From: an uncultured Candidatus Saccharibacteria bacterium
Lineage (GTDB): Bacteria > Patescibacteriota > Dojkabacteria > B142 > OLB20
Length of the DNA: 64,000 bases
Direction: 5' to 3'
Assembly (NCBI GenBank): GCA_964461915.1
Contig: CAYWVD010000001.1
Span: forward strand, 299,168 to 363,167
Shown piece after piece: positions 36,720 to 46,151 of the stretch. The position numbers were made by a program, and so were the translations under genes. The notes below the pieces were generated by a model. The model had not been told where the DNA came from and ran no database searches. It saw only the letters and a list, made by a program, of their open reading frames with translations. Each line of letters starts with the position of its first letter. The first letter of the stretch is position 1.

Positions 36720-38387
36720 GAATACTAATATCATAGGATCTCTATTGAGTTCTTTTGAAACTATTAAGCTTAATTTTTGTTTAATTAAGTTCATAATTTC
36801 TTTGTCATTCATTTCGGTTTCGCCTTCTAAAGCACCATTTAAAGTTTGCGTAGCAATTAAACTCAATTGCTCGAATAATTCAGGATTATCCCTTACATAG
36901 GTTAAACCTTTTGATAGTAATTGTGGTTGGCCAATAATTTTCTTTGTCTTTGGTTCTAAAATAGCCGAAAAGATTATCACCCCGTTATTACCTAACTGAG
37001 TTCTTTCGGCTAATACCATCGCTCCGATATCACCAACTCCACTGCCTGAAATTAAGGTAGGCATACTTTTAATAGCTTTACCTTTAAAGTGTTCTCCATT
37101 TTCAAAAACAATTTGTTCACCTCGTTTGGGGATAATTATTTTATTCTCGCTAAACCCTAGCTGTTTTGCAGTCAAAGCATGTTTGTATAAAAAAGATTGG
37201 TAACCATGGACGGGGATAAAAAATCTAGGTTTGGTTAAATTAATCATAAGTTTTTGATCTTCTTCGTATGCGTGACCGCTAGTATGTGTATCTAATCCCT
37301 CACTTTGTTGATAGACAATTGCTCCTTGCTGTGATAATTCATCTAATAAGTTTTGTACATAAATTTCATTCCCTGGAATAATCGAAGAAGAAAGTATTAT
37401 AGTATCACCTTTCTTAATTGATAAGTCTGGATGTTTACCCTTGATAATCCTTGATAAAGCAGCCATTTCTTCTCCTTGCGACCCAGTTGCCAAAACCATT
37501 ACTTTATTATCAGGCAGAGTTTCAATTTGTTTAAGCGGATAAAAATCTTTTTGAGGTCCTTTAATATATCCAAACTTCTTTGCAACTTCCATATTATTTA
37601 CCATACTTCGGCCAGCAACTGCTACTCGTCGGTTTAAAACAGAGGCAATATCAATTAATTGAATTATCCTGCCCACTAACGAAGCAAACGATGAAATAAT
37701 AACTCTTCCTTTTGCACTTTCGATTATCCTAAAAAGACTATCTCTAATTTGTTGCTCAGATTTAGAATGCCCAGATTTAAAAGAATTTGTAGAATCGGAT
37801 AATAGAGCTAAAACACCTTCGTTCCCAAATTTTGCAATCCGACCGTAATCTGATGGTGGCTCCAAAAGTGGAGAATTATCAAATTTAAAATCTCCCGTAT
37901 GGATAATATTCCCTTGGGGAGATTTAAAAACAACACCTACTGACTGTGGGATTGAATGATTAATGTGAAAAAACTCAAAACTAATATTCCCAAACTTTAG
38001 GACAGAATCTTCTTTGATGGAATGCAAATTATCATATTTAAACGATCTGCCAGAAAAATGGTTTTTGATCATTTCAATGGTAAATGCAGTTGAGAAAATT
38101 GGAATATTACCCAATGCCTTAATCGCATAAGGCAAACCACCAATATGATCAAGATGCCCATGAGTCACGATAATTGCTTTGATCTTTTCCTTATTCTTTT
38201 TTAGATAATCTAAATTTGGAATTAAAAAATCAATTCCATATAAATCACCATTTGGAAATCCCAACCCAAAATCAATTAAAAAGATCTGGTTGTCATATTC
38301 GAAAATCGTAGTGTTAAATCCGATTTCTTCAACTCCTCCTAGAGGAATTACCTTTAAATTATTTCTTTTAAAAACTTTACTATTCAT
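36699..38387 (-). CDS. rnj: ribonuclease J (metallo-beta-lactamase/beta-CASP)
   Basis: 562 aa. THGHLDHIGG motif, beta-CASP and C-terminal domains. Confidence 0.85.
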   Translation of the reverse strand: MNSKVFKRNNLKVIPLGGVEEIGFNTTIFEYDNQIFLIDFGLGFPNGDLYGIDFLIPNLDYLKKNKEKIKAIIVTHGHLDHIGGLPYAIKALGNIPIFSTAFTIEMIKNHFSGRSFKYDNLHSIKEDSVLKFGNISFEFFHINHSIPQSVGVVFKSPQGNIIHTGDFKFDNSPLLEPPSDYGRIAKFGNEGVLALLSDSTNSFKSGHSKSEQQIRDSLFRIIESAKGRVIISSFASLVGRIIQLIDIASVLNRRVAVAGRSMVNNMEVAKKFGYIKGPQKDFYPLKQIETLPDNKVMVLATGSQGEEMAALSRIIKGKHPDLSIKKGDTIILSSSIIPGNEIYVQNLLDELSQQGAIVYQQSEGLDTHTSGHAYEEDQKLMINLTKPRFFIPVHGYQSFLYKHALTAKQLGFSENKIIIPKRGEQIVFENGEHFKGKAIKSMPTLISGSGVGDIGAMVLAERTQLGNNGVIIFSAILEPKTKKIIGQPQLLSKGLTYVRDNPELFEQLSLIATQTLNGALEGETEMNDKEIMNLIKQKLSLIVSKELNRDPMILVFLNYLER

Positions 38388-38433
38388 TTACAATAAAAAA
38401 ACATAAATATATTATACCCATCTATTTTAAAAA

Positions 38434-39099
38434 TTGAAAAAGTTATTTCAAAAAATTAAAAGGAATAAACGCTATTTGTTTTTGTTTATCCTCATCTTAA
38501 TTTTTTATCTAGCCGTATTGTTCATTTTCAAACAATATGACATTAAGCAAGAAGATATTAGAAAATTGATTGAGCCTTTAGGAGCGTATGGTATCCTAGG
38601 TCTGTTCGTTATTCAAGTTGTCTTTTCTTTAACTCCTTTACCCGATGGTATGATGCCCATTATAGCAACAATCATGTACGGTTGGCCAGGGCTTTTAATA
38701 ATTATTCTCGGAATGCTCACTGCGACTATGATCCATTATTTTATAGCTAGAAAGCTGGGTTCACAATTTATTCAAAAAAGATATCCCAAAATTATCAGAT
38801 ATGTTGAGATGGTCAAAGGCAAGCATGTAATATTGAAACTCATCTATATTAGAATTTTCACTCTTGTAAGCTTTGACCTTGATGCTTATGTTGCAGGGAT
38901 AGCCAAAATTGATTTTAAGACTTTTATGATAGCGTCCATTATTGGAATAATTCCAACAAATGCAATCATGATGTTAATTAGCCTTGGGTTGTTCGCCGAA
39001 AGTGTTATGGACTTCATTAATATTCTTTTCTGGGTTGTTATTTGCTTCTCGATATTGGCAATTTGGTACAAAAAAAGTAAAATGAATATAACTAATTAA
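38434..39099 (+). CDS. TVP38/TMEM64 (DedA superfamily) membrane protein
   Basis: 221 aa polytopic. LTPLPDGMMPIIATIMYG re-entrant loop motif. Confidence 0.45.
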   Translation: MKKLFQKIKRNKRYLFLFILILIFYLAVLFIFKQYDIKQEDIRKLIEPLGAYGILGLFVIQVVFSLTPLPDGMMPIIATIMYGWPGLLIIILGMLTATMIHYFIARKLGSQFIQKRYPKIIRYVEMVKGKHVILKLIYIRIFTLVSFDLDAYVAGIAKIDFKTFMIASIIGIIPTNAIMMLISLGLFAESVMDFINILFWVVICFSILAIWYKKSKMNITN

Positions 39100-39118
39100 T
39101 TTCATTATCACTTCGACT

Positions 39119-39610
39119 ATGTTTGGAGATGTCAATCAAGTTACATTGCTTGGAAATATCACTAATGATCTCAATGTAAGATATACCCCTAATGGTAAAG
39201 CAGTCCTTAATTTTGGATTAGCAACCAATAGGAGATATAGAGTTCAAGATTCTGACGAATGGAAGGATGATACAACTTTCCATAATATTGTCATGTTTGG
39301 ATCTCAAGTTGAGATGTTCTCTCAAAGAGCTAAAAAAGGAACAAGAGTATTAGTTCAAGGTCGTTTACAAACCAGATCATGGCAAGATAAAGAAGGTAAA
39401 ACAAATTACAAAACCGAAATCGTGGTCGATAGAATTATCTTAATTGATAGATACGAAAGAGGTTCAATGGGGGATTATGCCTCAAAAGCATCTAGTGACT
39501 CTTCTGACTCTTTCTCGTCAGAAGAACCAACAACTAGTAAACCAAAATCGTCCGCAAAACATGGCCCAGCAGATGAAAGCGTAATTGATCCTGATGATTT
39601 ACCATTCTAA
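39119..39610 (+). CDS. ssb: single-stranded DNA-binding protein
   Basis: 163 aa. OB fold VTLLGNITNDLNVRYTPNGKAVLNFGLATNRRY. Acidic tail ending DDLPF. Confidence 0.85.
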   Translation: MFGDVNQVTLLGNITNDLNVRYTPNGKAVLNFGLATNRRYRVQDSDEWKDDTTFHNIVMFGSQVEMFSQRAKKGTRVLVQGRLQTRSWQDKEGKTNYKTEIVVDRIILIDRYERGSMGDYASKASSDSSDSFSSEEPTTSKPKSSAKHGPADESVIDPDDLPF

Positions 39611-39620
39611 ACTTTAAAAA

Positions 39621-41357
39621 ATGAAATACTCTAAACTATTTGGTAAAACTAATAAAACCGCTAAAAATTTTGAATCTACAAATGCCACTCTTTTAATTAA
39701 AGCTGGATTTATCGATCAAGTTATGGCTGGAGTATATACATATTTACCATTAGGTTTGAAGGTGTTAAGTAAAATTGAAAACATTGTTAGAAATCATATG
39801 GATAAGATTTCTTCCGAGGTTTTAATGCCATCACTCGCTCCAAAAGAAAATTGGGCAAAAACCGGAAGACTTGAAAAGGTTGATGTTTTAATGCAGGCAA
39901 TTGGGGCGAATCCAATATCCTTGGCGAAAAATGATAATAGCTATGTGCTGAGCCCAACCCATGAAGAACTCGTTACTCCGCTTGTTCAAAAATTCACCAC
40001 AAGTTATAAACAATTGCCTATCGCAGTTTATCAAATACAAACTAAGTATCGAAACGAACCTCGCGCAAAATCAGGCCTTTTAAGATGCCGCGAATTTAGA
40101 ATGAAAGACTTATACAGTTTTCACACCAACCAAAACGATCTAAAAGAATATTATGAAGTCGTTAAGACTGCTTACAACTCGATTTTTAAGGAGCTTGGAA
40201 TAGGTGACGATACCGTAATTGCTTTAGCCAGCGGCGGCGATTTCACTGAGGATTTTTCTCATGAATTTCAAACCCGTTGCGATAGTGGAGAAGATTTAAT
40301 CTTTTATTCTCCAAAAGCTAAAACTTATTACAATTTAGAAGTTGCTCCTTCAAAATCTCCTGATTTTGTACAAAGTGATACTACTGAAAATCCAATGCAA
40401 GAAGTATTTGGCGAAAACATTATTGGCACAAAAAAAATCGCTGAATTTTTAAAGATCGAAATAGAAAGGACTACAAAAACAATTTTCTATACTATTGATG
40501 ACGATAAAATGATCGCCGCCGCAGTTAGAGGTGATTATGAAATCAATGAAATCAAACTCAAAAAAGTTGTCGGGACAAAGAAGCTAGAACTAGCCTCAGC
40601 CGAAAAGATACGGGAATTTACCGGGAGTGAAGTAGGCTATGCCGGCATTATTAATCTAAGAGACGATATTCAGGTTTTTGCTGACGATTCAATTAAAGGA
40701 AGGAAGAATTTTGAAATGGGTGCAAACAAAACAAACATGCATTTAATTAATGTGAATTTTGGAAGAGACCTACCCGAACCAACTCAATATTATGATTTCA
40801 AAAACGCTAAAGAGGGTGACATTTTCCCCGAAACAAATGAACTCTATGAAGTATTCAAAGCAAGTGAGGTAGGAAATATTTTCCCACTACATACAAAATT
40901 TTCTGATCAATTTGGCTTCAAATTTATTACAAATGAAGGGAAAGAAGAGCCCGTATACATGGGTTGCTACGGCCTAGGCACTTCAAGAGTACTTGGAGTA
41001 ATTGTCGAAAAATTTCATGATGAAAAAGGATTGATTTGGCCAATCAACATTGCCCCTTACCAAGTGCATTTGATCGGATTAAATTTAGATAACAATTCAG
41101 TTTTAACCCAGGCCAACGATCTATATACAAAATTAATCAAAGAGGGCATTGAAGTACTTTTTGATGATAGAGTGGATGTTAATCCTGGGACTAAGTTTGC
41201 GGATTGCGATTTAATCGGAATACCAATTAGACTTGTAGTTTCGGCAAGGAACAATGGGCAAATTGAATTTAGTTTGAGATCAACACCTGATAATAAAGAA
41301 ATGATTGATGAAGATTTGGTAATAGAGAAAATCAAATTAGTTACCAACATTAGATAA
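39621..41357 (+). CDS. proS: prolyl-tRNA synthetase (bacterial type with INS domain)
   Basis: 578 aa. Class II motifs (FRMKDLYSFH, GCYGLGTSR) and C-terminal anticodon-binding domain. Confidence 0.9.
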   Translation: MKYSKLFGKTNKTAKNFESTNATLLIKAGFIDQVMAGVYTYLPLGLKVLSKIENIVRNHMDKISSEVLMPSLAPKENWAKTGRLEKVDVLMQAIGANPISLAKNDNSYVLSPTHEELVTPLVQKFTTSYKQLPIAVYQIQTKYRNEPRAKSGLLRCREFRMKDLYSFHTNQNDLKEYYEVVKTAYNSIFKELGIGDDTVIALASGGDFTEDFSHEFQTRCDSGEDLIFYSPKAKTYYNLEVAPSKSPDFVQSDTTENPMQEVFGENIIGTKKIAEFLKIEIERTTKTIFYTIDDDKMIAAAVRGDYEINEIKLKKVVGTKKLELASAEKIREFTGSEVGYAGIINLRDDIQVFADDSIKGRKNFEMGANKTNMHLINVNFGRDLPEPTQYYDFKNAKEGDIFPETNELYEVFKASEVGNIFPLHTKFSDQFGFKFITNEGKEEPVYMGCYGLGTSRVLGVIVEKFHDEKGLIWPINIAPYQVHLIGLNLDNNSVLTQANDLYTKLIKEGIEVLFDDRVDVNPGTKFADCDLIGIPIRLVVSARNNGQIEFSLRSTPDNKEMIDEDLVIEKIKLVTNIR

Positions 41358-41711
41358 GTCACCTTCGTAAATCAATTCCTTTTCGTTTTGGTCACCAATG
41401 TATTCTGCTGCACCTGCAACTTCGACTATTACATTTGCATATTTATCTACACCAAGATCATTCCTAACTTTATTAATATCAAAGTTATTAAAGTTTCTAA
41501 CTAGAATATAAATCTCTCCATTCGTTCTATAAGTAACAGTGTAGTCTTCTTTTATAATTGTCTTTTCTTGGATAGGTGGCGTAGGTTTATTATCGGTATT
41601 GGCTTCTCTAGAGAAAAAGACCGAAAACATCATGAAAAGAATCAAAAAAATTAAGATAAAAATAAATCGATTGATTTTTATGAATTCTAAGGCTTTTTCA
41701 AAATTCGTCAT
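41337..41711 (-). CDS. small membrane-anchored protein, co-oriented partner of the giant M23 protein
   Basis: 124 aa. N-terminal TM. One-nucleotide gap from the upstream 1222-aa gene. Confidence 0.3.
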   Translation of the reverse strand: MTNFEKALEFIKINRFIFILIFLILFMMFSVFFSREANTDNKPTPPIQEKTIIKEDYTVTYRTNGEIYILVRNFNNFDINKVRNDLGVDKYANVIVEVAGAAEYIGDQNEKELIYEGDLSNVGN

Positions 41712-41712
41712 T

Positions 41713-44700
41713 TTATTGAAAACAATTTTTAAGGTCTAAAATATTACTATTCATTGCATTTTCCATATATCCCCTAGTAATTGAGCAGTAATTTAGACTG
41801 CAATTACCATGGTATCTCCCGGCGCCATATTCAAGAGCCTGCCCACCAATTCCTGCTAAATTTCTCCATTCAGCGGTAGTTAAATAACTTCCCTTGGTAA
41901 TTTTCCCATATTCAGCCATAAGTATAGCTGTAGCACATATTCCATCACCAACTCTATGCCTAGAAAATTCATCAGTTCCAGCTAATTCATCGTATGCATT
42001 TCCAGTTGCTTTCTCGGTAATTCCCATAGCATTAAGGCAAGCACGCATTTCTACAGCATGATTATCAATAACTGAATTAAATGTGCTTGCACAAGATTCT
42101 GAACCATTTCCACCGGCAGAAAATTGAGTAAAACCTCTGACATCAACTGGGCATAAGCCGATATTTATTCTACCTTCCCATGCAACATCGTTCCTAGTTC
42201 TAAATGCCAATTGATTTGGATTACCAGTACATTCAATATATCCACCCTTAGCCCAAGATTTCCATTCTTCTGAACAATTAAAATTAGTTTCTTTTTTAGC
42301 TATAGCATAAATAACTTCAGGGGCAATTCTTTCTTCAATAGCATTAATTGCATTAGCAGCAACTACAAAAAGGCAATCACCATTATAATCAGGAATATCT
42401 CCAGTACTTTCTTCTTTAAACAATGACCCATCATCATTTAGAATAATAGTATCGTTAATTACAATTTTACCGTCTTCACGGATTTTGATTGACTTAATTT
42501 CTACATCAATTTCAGTTACCTTAAAAGTAGTATCTAAAGTCCCATCAGCATTAAACCTAACTAAATTTTTTGTTTTCAAACCACGGTAATCATCAAAGTC
42601 ACCTCCTATATAAATGCGCCCCGAAGGATCTTTAAAGTTGAACGAACCTTCTTCTTTCTCCTTTTTGCTATTGATTTGGGTTACATTTGGACAATATCTT
42701 AATCCACCATTGCTTGAACTTGAGCCATCATTCGGATCAACAACTGGAGTTACTCCACCAGGCGGCTGAGATTCATTACCTCCACCGGGTGGTTGAGCAG
42801 GAGTGCTTATTATGGTAGGCTTGGTAGGCGTTCCAGTTGTTGATCCATTACCATCGCCTTTACCACTACCTTTACCATCGCCGTTACCGTCTCCATCGGA
42901 ATCGCCATCCTCTTTGGCTGTTGCTGTTATTGTTGGACCGAGAGACGGAGAATTTGATGGAACATAAGGTGGTGTAGTGATAATAATAGTACTTGGTCTT
43001 ATAGGAGTGACAGGAATTCGACTAGGCATTACTGATATAATGGCAACTATTGGATTATTAGTGAGCATTGAGACATCCCAATTATTTAAAGTACAAGATG
43101 TGGAATAACTTGTACAATTCAATTTTCTCATTTCAAAATGAAGGTGATTACCTGTTGAATTTCCAGTATTATCCGATTTTGCGATTACCTGCCCCGCTTC
43201 AACTTGATCCCCAACTAAGACATTTATTGAACCAGTTTGTAAATGCGCATAAACGCTAACTCCATCTTCATGTAATATTCCGACAACATTCCCGTAGCCA
43301 CCCCACCATGCATTATATTGATCATATGAAGTGTAAGGAGGTTTATTATAAATACTACAATCAACAGTATCCGAAGAGGAACATGAATATGTAACATCAT
43401 TTCTTACAAAAATAACTTCTCCATCAGCAATTGCTCGAATATTTGTACCCCCAGAAATAGCAAAATCGACTCCTGGATGAGAAACTCTAAAACTTTCTGA
43501 AACATTTGATATCAGATCTTGGTATGATCCACTTCCAGGATCAAATGGCCCTAAAACTTGATCTCCAGAAATTTTGCCAGCTACAATAATTTCGCCGGGT
43601 GGCTCTGATGGATCATTTGTGGGTCCTACTGTTGGTGTCCCTGTTGGAGGTTCTAATTTTTCACACTCTTCGCAATAATCACCTATTCCAAATGAACATA
43701 GATAATCTTTGACCGGGTCAATCTGTCTTTCACCATAGCAATCTTGCTTTTCGAGCTCATCTTCTGAAAGATCTTCACAGTAATAGATTTGTGGCTTTTG
43801 AACTTCAGTTTCTTTTTCAGAAGAAAGCCCTAAAACATTCATTCGATCTTTTTGTTGCTCATCAAGCTTTTTTAATCTGTCTTCAACATCTGCAATTTTA
43901 AAAGTATCGTTGATAATATATTCCATAGATGAAGAACCAGAAGATCCAAATTCCTGTCTTGTTAATTTATAAGCAGTCTCAGGATCTATTGCATTTGAAT
44001 GAATGGTAGCAAGCCTTTCAAGATAATATGGAATTCTTCCTAAAAACGGGAAGTAATATTGAGATTCGGCATCATTACTAGCTTTTGCAAATGAATTTCC
44101 GTAAGTAGGATTATAATTTAATTTATTATAAGTTATAAAACTACCAAAAGAGGAGTTTACAAGATCGGGATCTTTTTCAACATCAGGGGCTCTTCCGGGA
44201 GAATATGGTTCGACTTTAGAATTGAGATCAAAAGCCATTCTTGTTACATCGATCTTTATCCCCCAATTTACTCCATATCGTACTTCAAATGGGGAGTTTA
44301 TCTGTTCTAGAGTTTCAACTGTATTTTCGAGTACTTTATTACCACCCGGCAACACTAATTGTTCAAAACCATCGATTCTAAGTTTAAATTTGGGATTACC
44401 TTCAACAACTAAGCCAACGCCTTTCACCGTCTTACAAATAGCCCCCTCAACTGCACCTCCTATCATTGAACATACTTCCTCAGTTGTGAAGTTTAAAATT
44501 TCTGAGCCATCATTTAAAATAACATATTCCCGCCCTTTTTCTTGTTCCTGTTTATCTGAGACATTAACTTTACTAATAGGGACTGTAAGGTCGTCACAAA
44601 CTGTTTCTCTTGAGACTCCGATCTTTGAAAGCTCCTCTGATACATCTTTTATATTTTCACTTTCCCGAGATTCTAAAGATTTTTCAAAAATATTAAAGTG

Positions 44701-45381
44701 TTTAATTACATTAATTAGGAATGTGAAGAAGTTATCACCTTTTTTATCATCTTCGCCGTTTACAACTGCATCTTCAACCTGCGGAAGATTTTCAAATCCC
44801 ATAATATCAAGCTTTAATGGATATTTATTACTTCTCCATTCAACAACTCCACAGTGAATAAACGGCCCCAAATGCTTAAATTTGATATTTGCATATCTTT
44901 CTGTATCAGGATTGGATAACATTAATAGACCTGGATAGTCTTTGCTAAAACTTAACAAATCCGCCCCATTTGTTTTGTCAGCCGTACTAGCCTGAATATC
45001 GTAATAACATAAAGGAGTTATCGGATTTTCTTCAGTTCCAGCAGCTGAAGAAGCAGAAAAAAATTTTAATAATGGGAAATCTTCAACTTTTGCAACTTCT
45101 GAATAAGCAGCAACCCAATCTTTATTACACCCAATATTTGGATTATCTTGACTATGACCATCAACACACTTTGATAATTGAAGCCTTAAATTTAAAACGT
45201 CTTCGCCCCCTTTGGTGACTTTTTCACAACTAGGCATATTATATTCTGCAGGCAAATCATAGTAATAATTGGAAATATCGTCAAAACCCCAAGGGGTTGG
45301 AGTCGGTTCTTCACCTTCTGCTTTAATTAGTGAGGTGAATAAGAAAAAACTAAAGAATAAACAAATTATCTTTTTATTCAA
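41713..45381 (-). CDS. giant secreted cell-surface protein with central M23 (LytM-type) peptidase domain
   Basis: 1222 aa. Signal peptide MNKKIICLFFSFFLFTSLIKA. M23 motifs HPGVDFA...NTGNSTGNHLHFEM. Gly/Asp/Pro-rich linker (GDSDGDGNGDGKGSGKGDGNG...PPGG). Cysteine-rich C-terminal domain with a KETNFN...Q patch faintly reminiscent of lytic transglycosylases. Confidence 0.7.
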   Translation of the reverse strand: MNKKIICLFFSFFLFTSLIKAEGEEPTPTPWGFDDISNYYYDLPAEYNMPSCEKVTKGGEDVLNLRLQLSKCVDGHSQDNPNIGCNKDWVAAYSEVAKVEDFPLLKFFSASSAAGTEENPITPLCYYDIQASTADKTNGADLLSFSKDYPGLLMLSNPDTERYANIKFKHLGPFIHCGVVEWRSNKYPLKLDIMGFENLPQVEDAVVNGEDDKKGDNFFTFLINVIKHFNIFEKSLESRESENIKDVSEELSKIGVSRETVCDDLTVPISKVNVSDKQEQEKGREYVILNDGSEILNFTTEEVCSMIGGAVEGAICKTVKGVGLVVEGNPKFKLRIDGFEQLVLPGGNKVLENTVETLEQINSPFEVRYGVNWGIKIDVTRMAFDLNSKVEPYSPGRAPDVEKDPDLVNSSFGSFITYNKLNYNPTYGNSFAKASNDAESQYYFPFLGRIPYYLERLATIHSNAIDPETAYKLTRQEFGSSGSSSMEYIINDTFKIADVEDRLKKLDEQQKDRMNVLGLSSEKETEVQKPQIYYCEDLSEDELEKQDCYGERQIDPVKDYLCSFGIGDYCEECEKLEPPTGTPTVGPTNDPSEPPGEIIVAGKISGDQVLGPFDPGSGSYQDLISNVSESFRVSHPGVDFAISGGTNIRAIADGEVIFVRNDVTYSCSSSDTVDCSIYNKPPYTSYDQYNAWWGGYGNVVGILHEDGVSVYAHLQTGSINVLVGDQVEAGQVIAKSDNTGNSTGNHLHFEMRKLNCTSYSTSCTLNNWDVSMLTNNPIVAIISVMPSRIPVTPIRPSTIIITTPPYVPSNSPSLGPTITATAKEDGDSDGDGNGDGKGSGKGDGNGSTTGTPTKPTIISTPAQPPGGGNESQPPGGVTPVVDPNDGSSSSNGGLRYCPNVTQINSKKEKEEGSFNFKDPSGRIYIGGDFDDYRGLKTKNLVRFNADGTLDTTFKVTEIDVEIKSIKIREDGKIVINDTIILNDDGSLFKEESTGDIPDYNGDCLFVVAANAINAIEERIAPEVIYAIAKKETNFNCSEEWKSWAKGGYIECTGNPNQLAFRTRNDVAWEGRINIGLCPVDVRGFTQFSAGGNGSESCASTFNSVIDNHAVEMRACLNAMGITEKATGNAYDELAGTDEFSRHRVGDGICATAILMAEYGKITKGSYLTTAEWRNLAGIGGQALEYGAGRYHGNCSLNYCSITRGYMENAMNSNILDLKNCFQ

Positions 45382-45454
45382 AAATATCAGCTTAACTTAT
45401 TAAATATTTAATTCTATAATCATTATAATGAATTCAAAAATTAAATAAAGAAGT

Positions 45455-46126
45455 ATGGACAATTTTATATCTACACTAGCGAAGCCCTTTAAATGGACAC
45501 ATGAATATATGAATTTGGTCTTAACTATTGGAAAAAGTAAAATCTTGTCTAATCCACTTCTAACAAAAGCCTTTAATGAAGTAGACCGTGCCGATTTTAT
45601 TCCAAAAAAATACAAATCAAATTCATACACAGATATTGAAATCCCTTTAGGATGGGGAGAATCTTTGCCAAGCCCAACTGTTACCGCAACAATGCTTCAA
45701 CTTATAGATATAAAAAAAGGGGGACGCTATCTAGAAATTGGCACAGGCAGTGGATATACAGCATGCTTGATCGCCACAGCCATTGGAAAAAGGGGCGAAG
45801 TGATATCAATCGAAAGGAATCAATTCTTGACAGAAATTGCAAAAATCAATGCTTCAAAATATCCATTCCTTAAGAATCTTAAAATAATATTGGGTGATGG
45901 GAAAAACGGACTGCCTCAATCCGCACCATTTGATGGCATAATCATTGGAGCTTCGGTTGATGAAGTTCCAGAAATAATTAAAGGCCAACTTAAAATTGGA
46001 GGAAAATTAATTTCGGCTACAAATCAAAATGCACTTAAGTTAATTGAAAGGAAGAGTGTTAAAACATATAAAGAAACTCTGCATAAAACTTTCTTTTTTG
46101 CTAAAATCAAAGATGGTATTGTATAA
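45455..46126 (+). CDS. pcm: protein-L-isoaspartate O-methyltransferase
   Basis: 223 aa. SAM motif I LEIGTGSGYTACLIA and PCMT post-I/II motifs. Confidence 0.8.
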   Translation: MDNFISTLAKPFKWTHEYMNLVLTIGKSKILSNPLLTKAFNEVDRADFIPKKYKSNSYTDIEIPLGWGESLPSPTVTATMLQLIDIKKGGRYLEIGTGSGYTACLIATAIGKRGEVISIERNQFLTEIAKINASKYPFLKNLKIILGDGKNGLPQSAPFDGIIIGASVDEVPEIIKGQLKIGGKLISATNQNALKLIERKSVKTYKETLHKTFFFAKIKDGIV

Positions 46127-46151
46127 CACCTAATTCTTATCATTAAAAATT

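Noticed and set aside
42840-42910. Periodic GGT/GGC/GAT-rich DNA that looked like a nucleotide tandem repeat
   Set aside because: It encodes the Gly/Asp/Lys-rich linker of the giant M23 protein (GDSDGDGNGDGKGSGKGDGNG). This is a low-complexity coding region rather than a non-coding repeat element.
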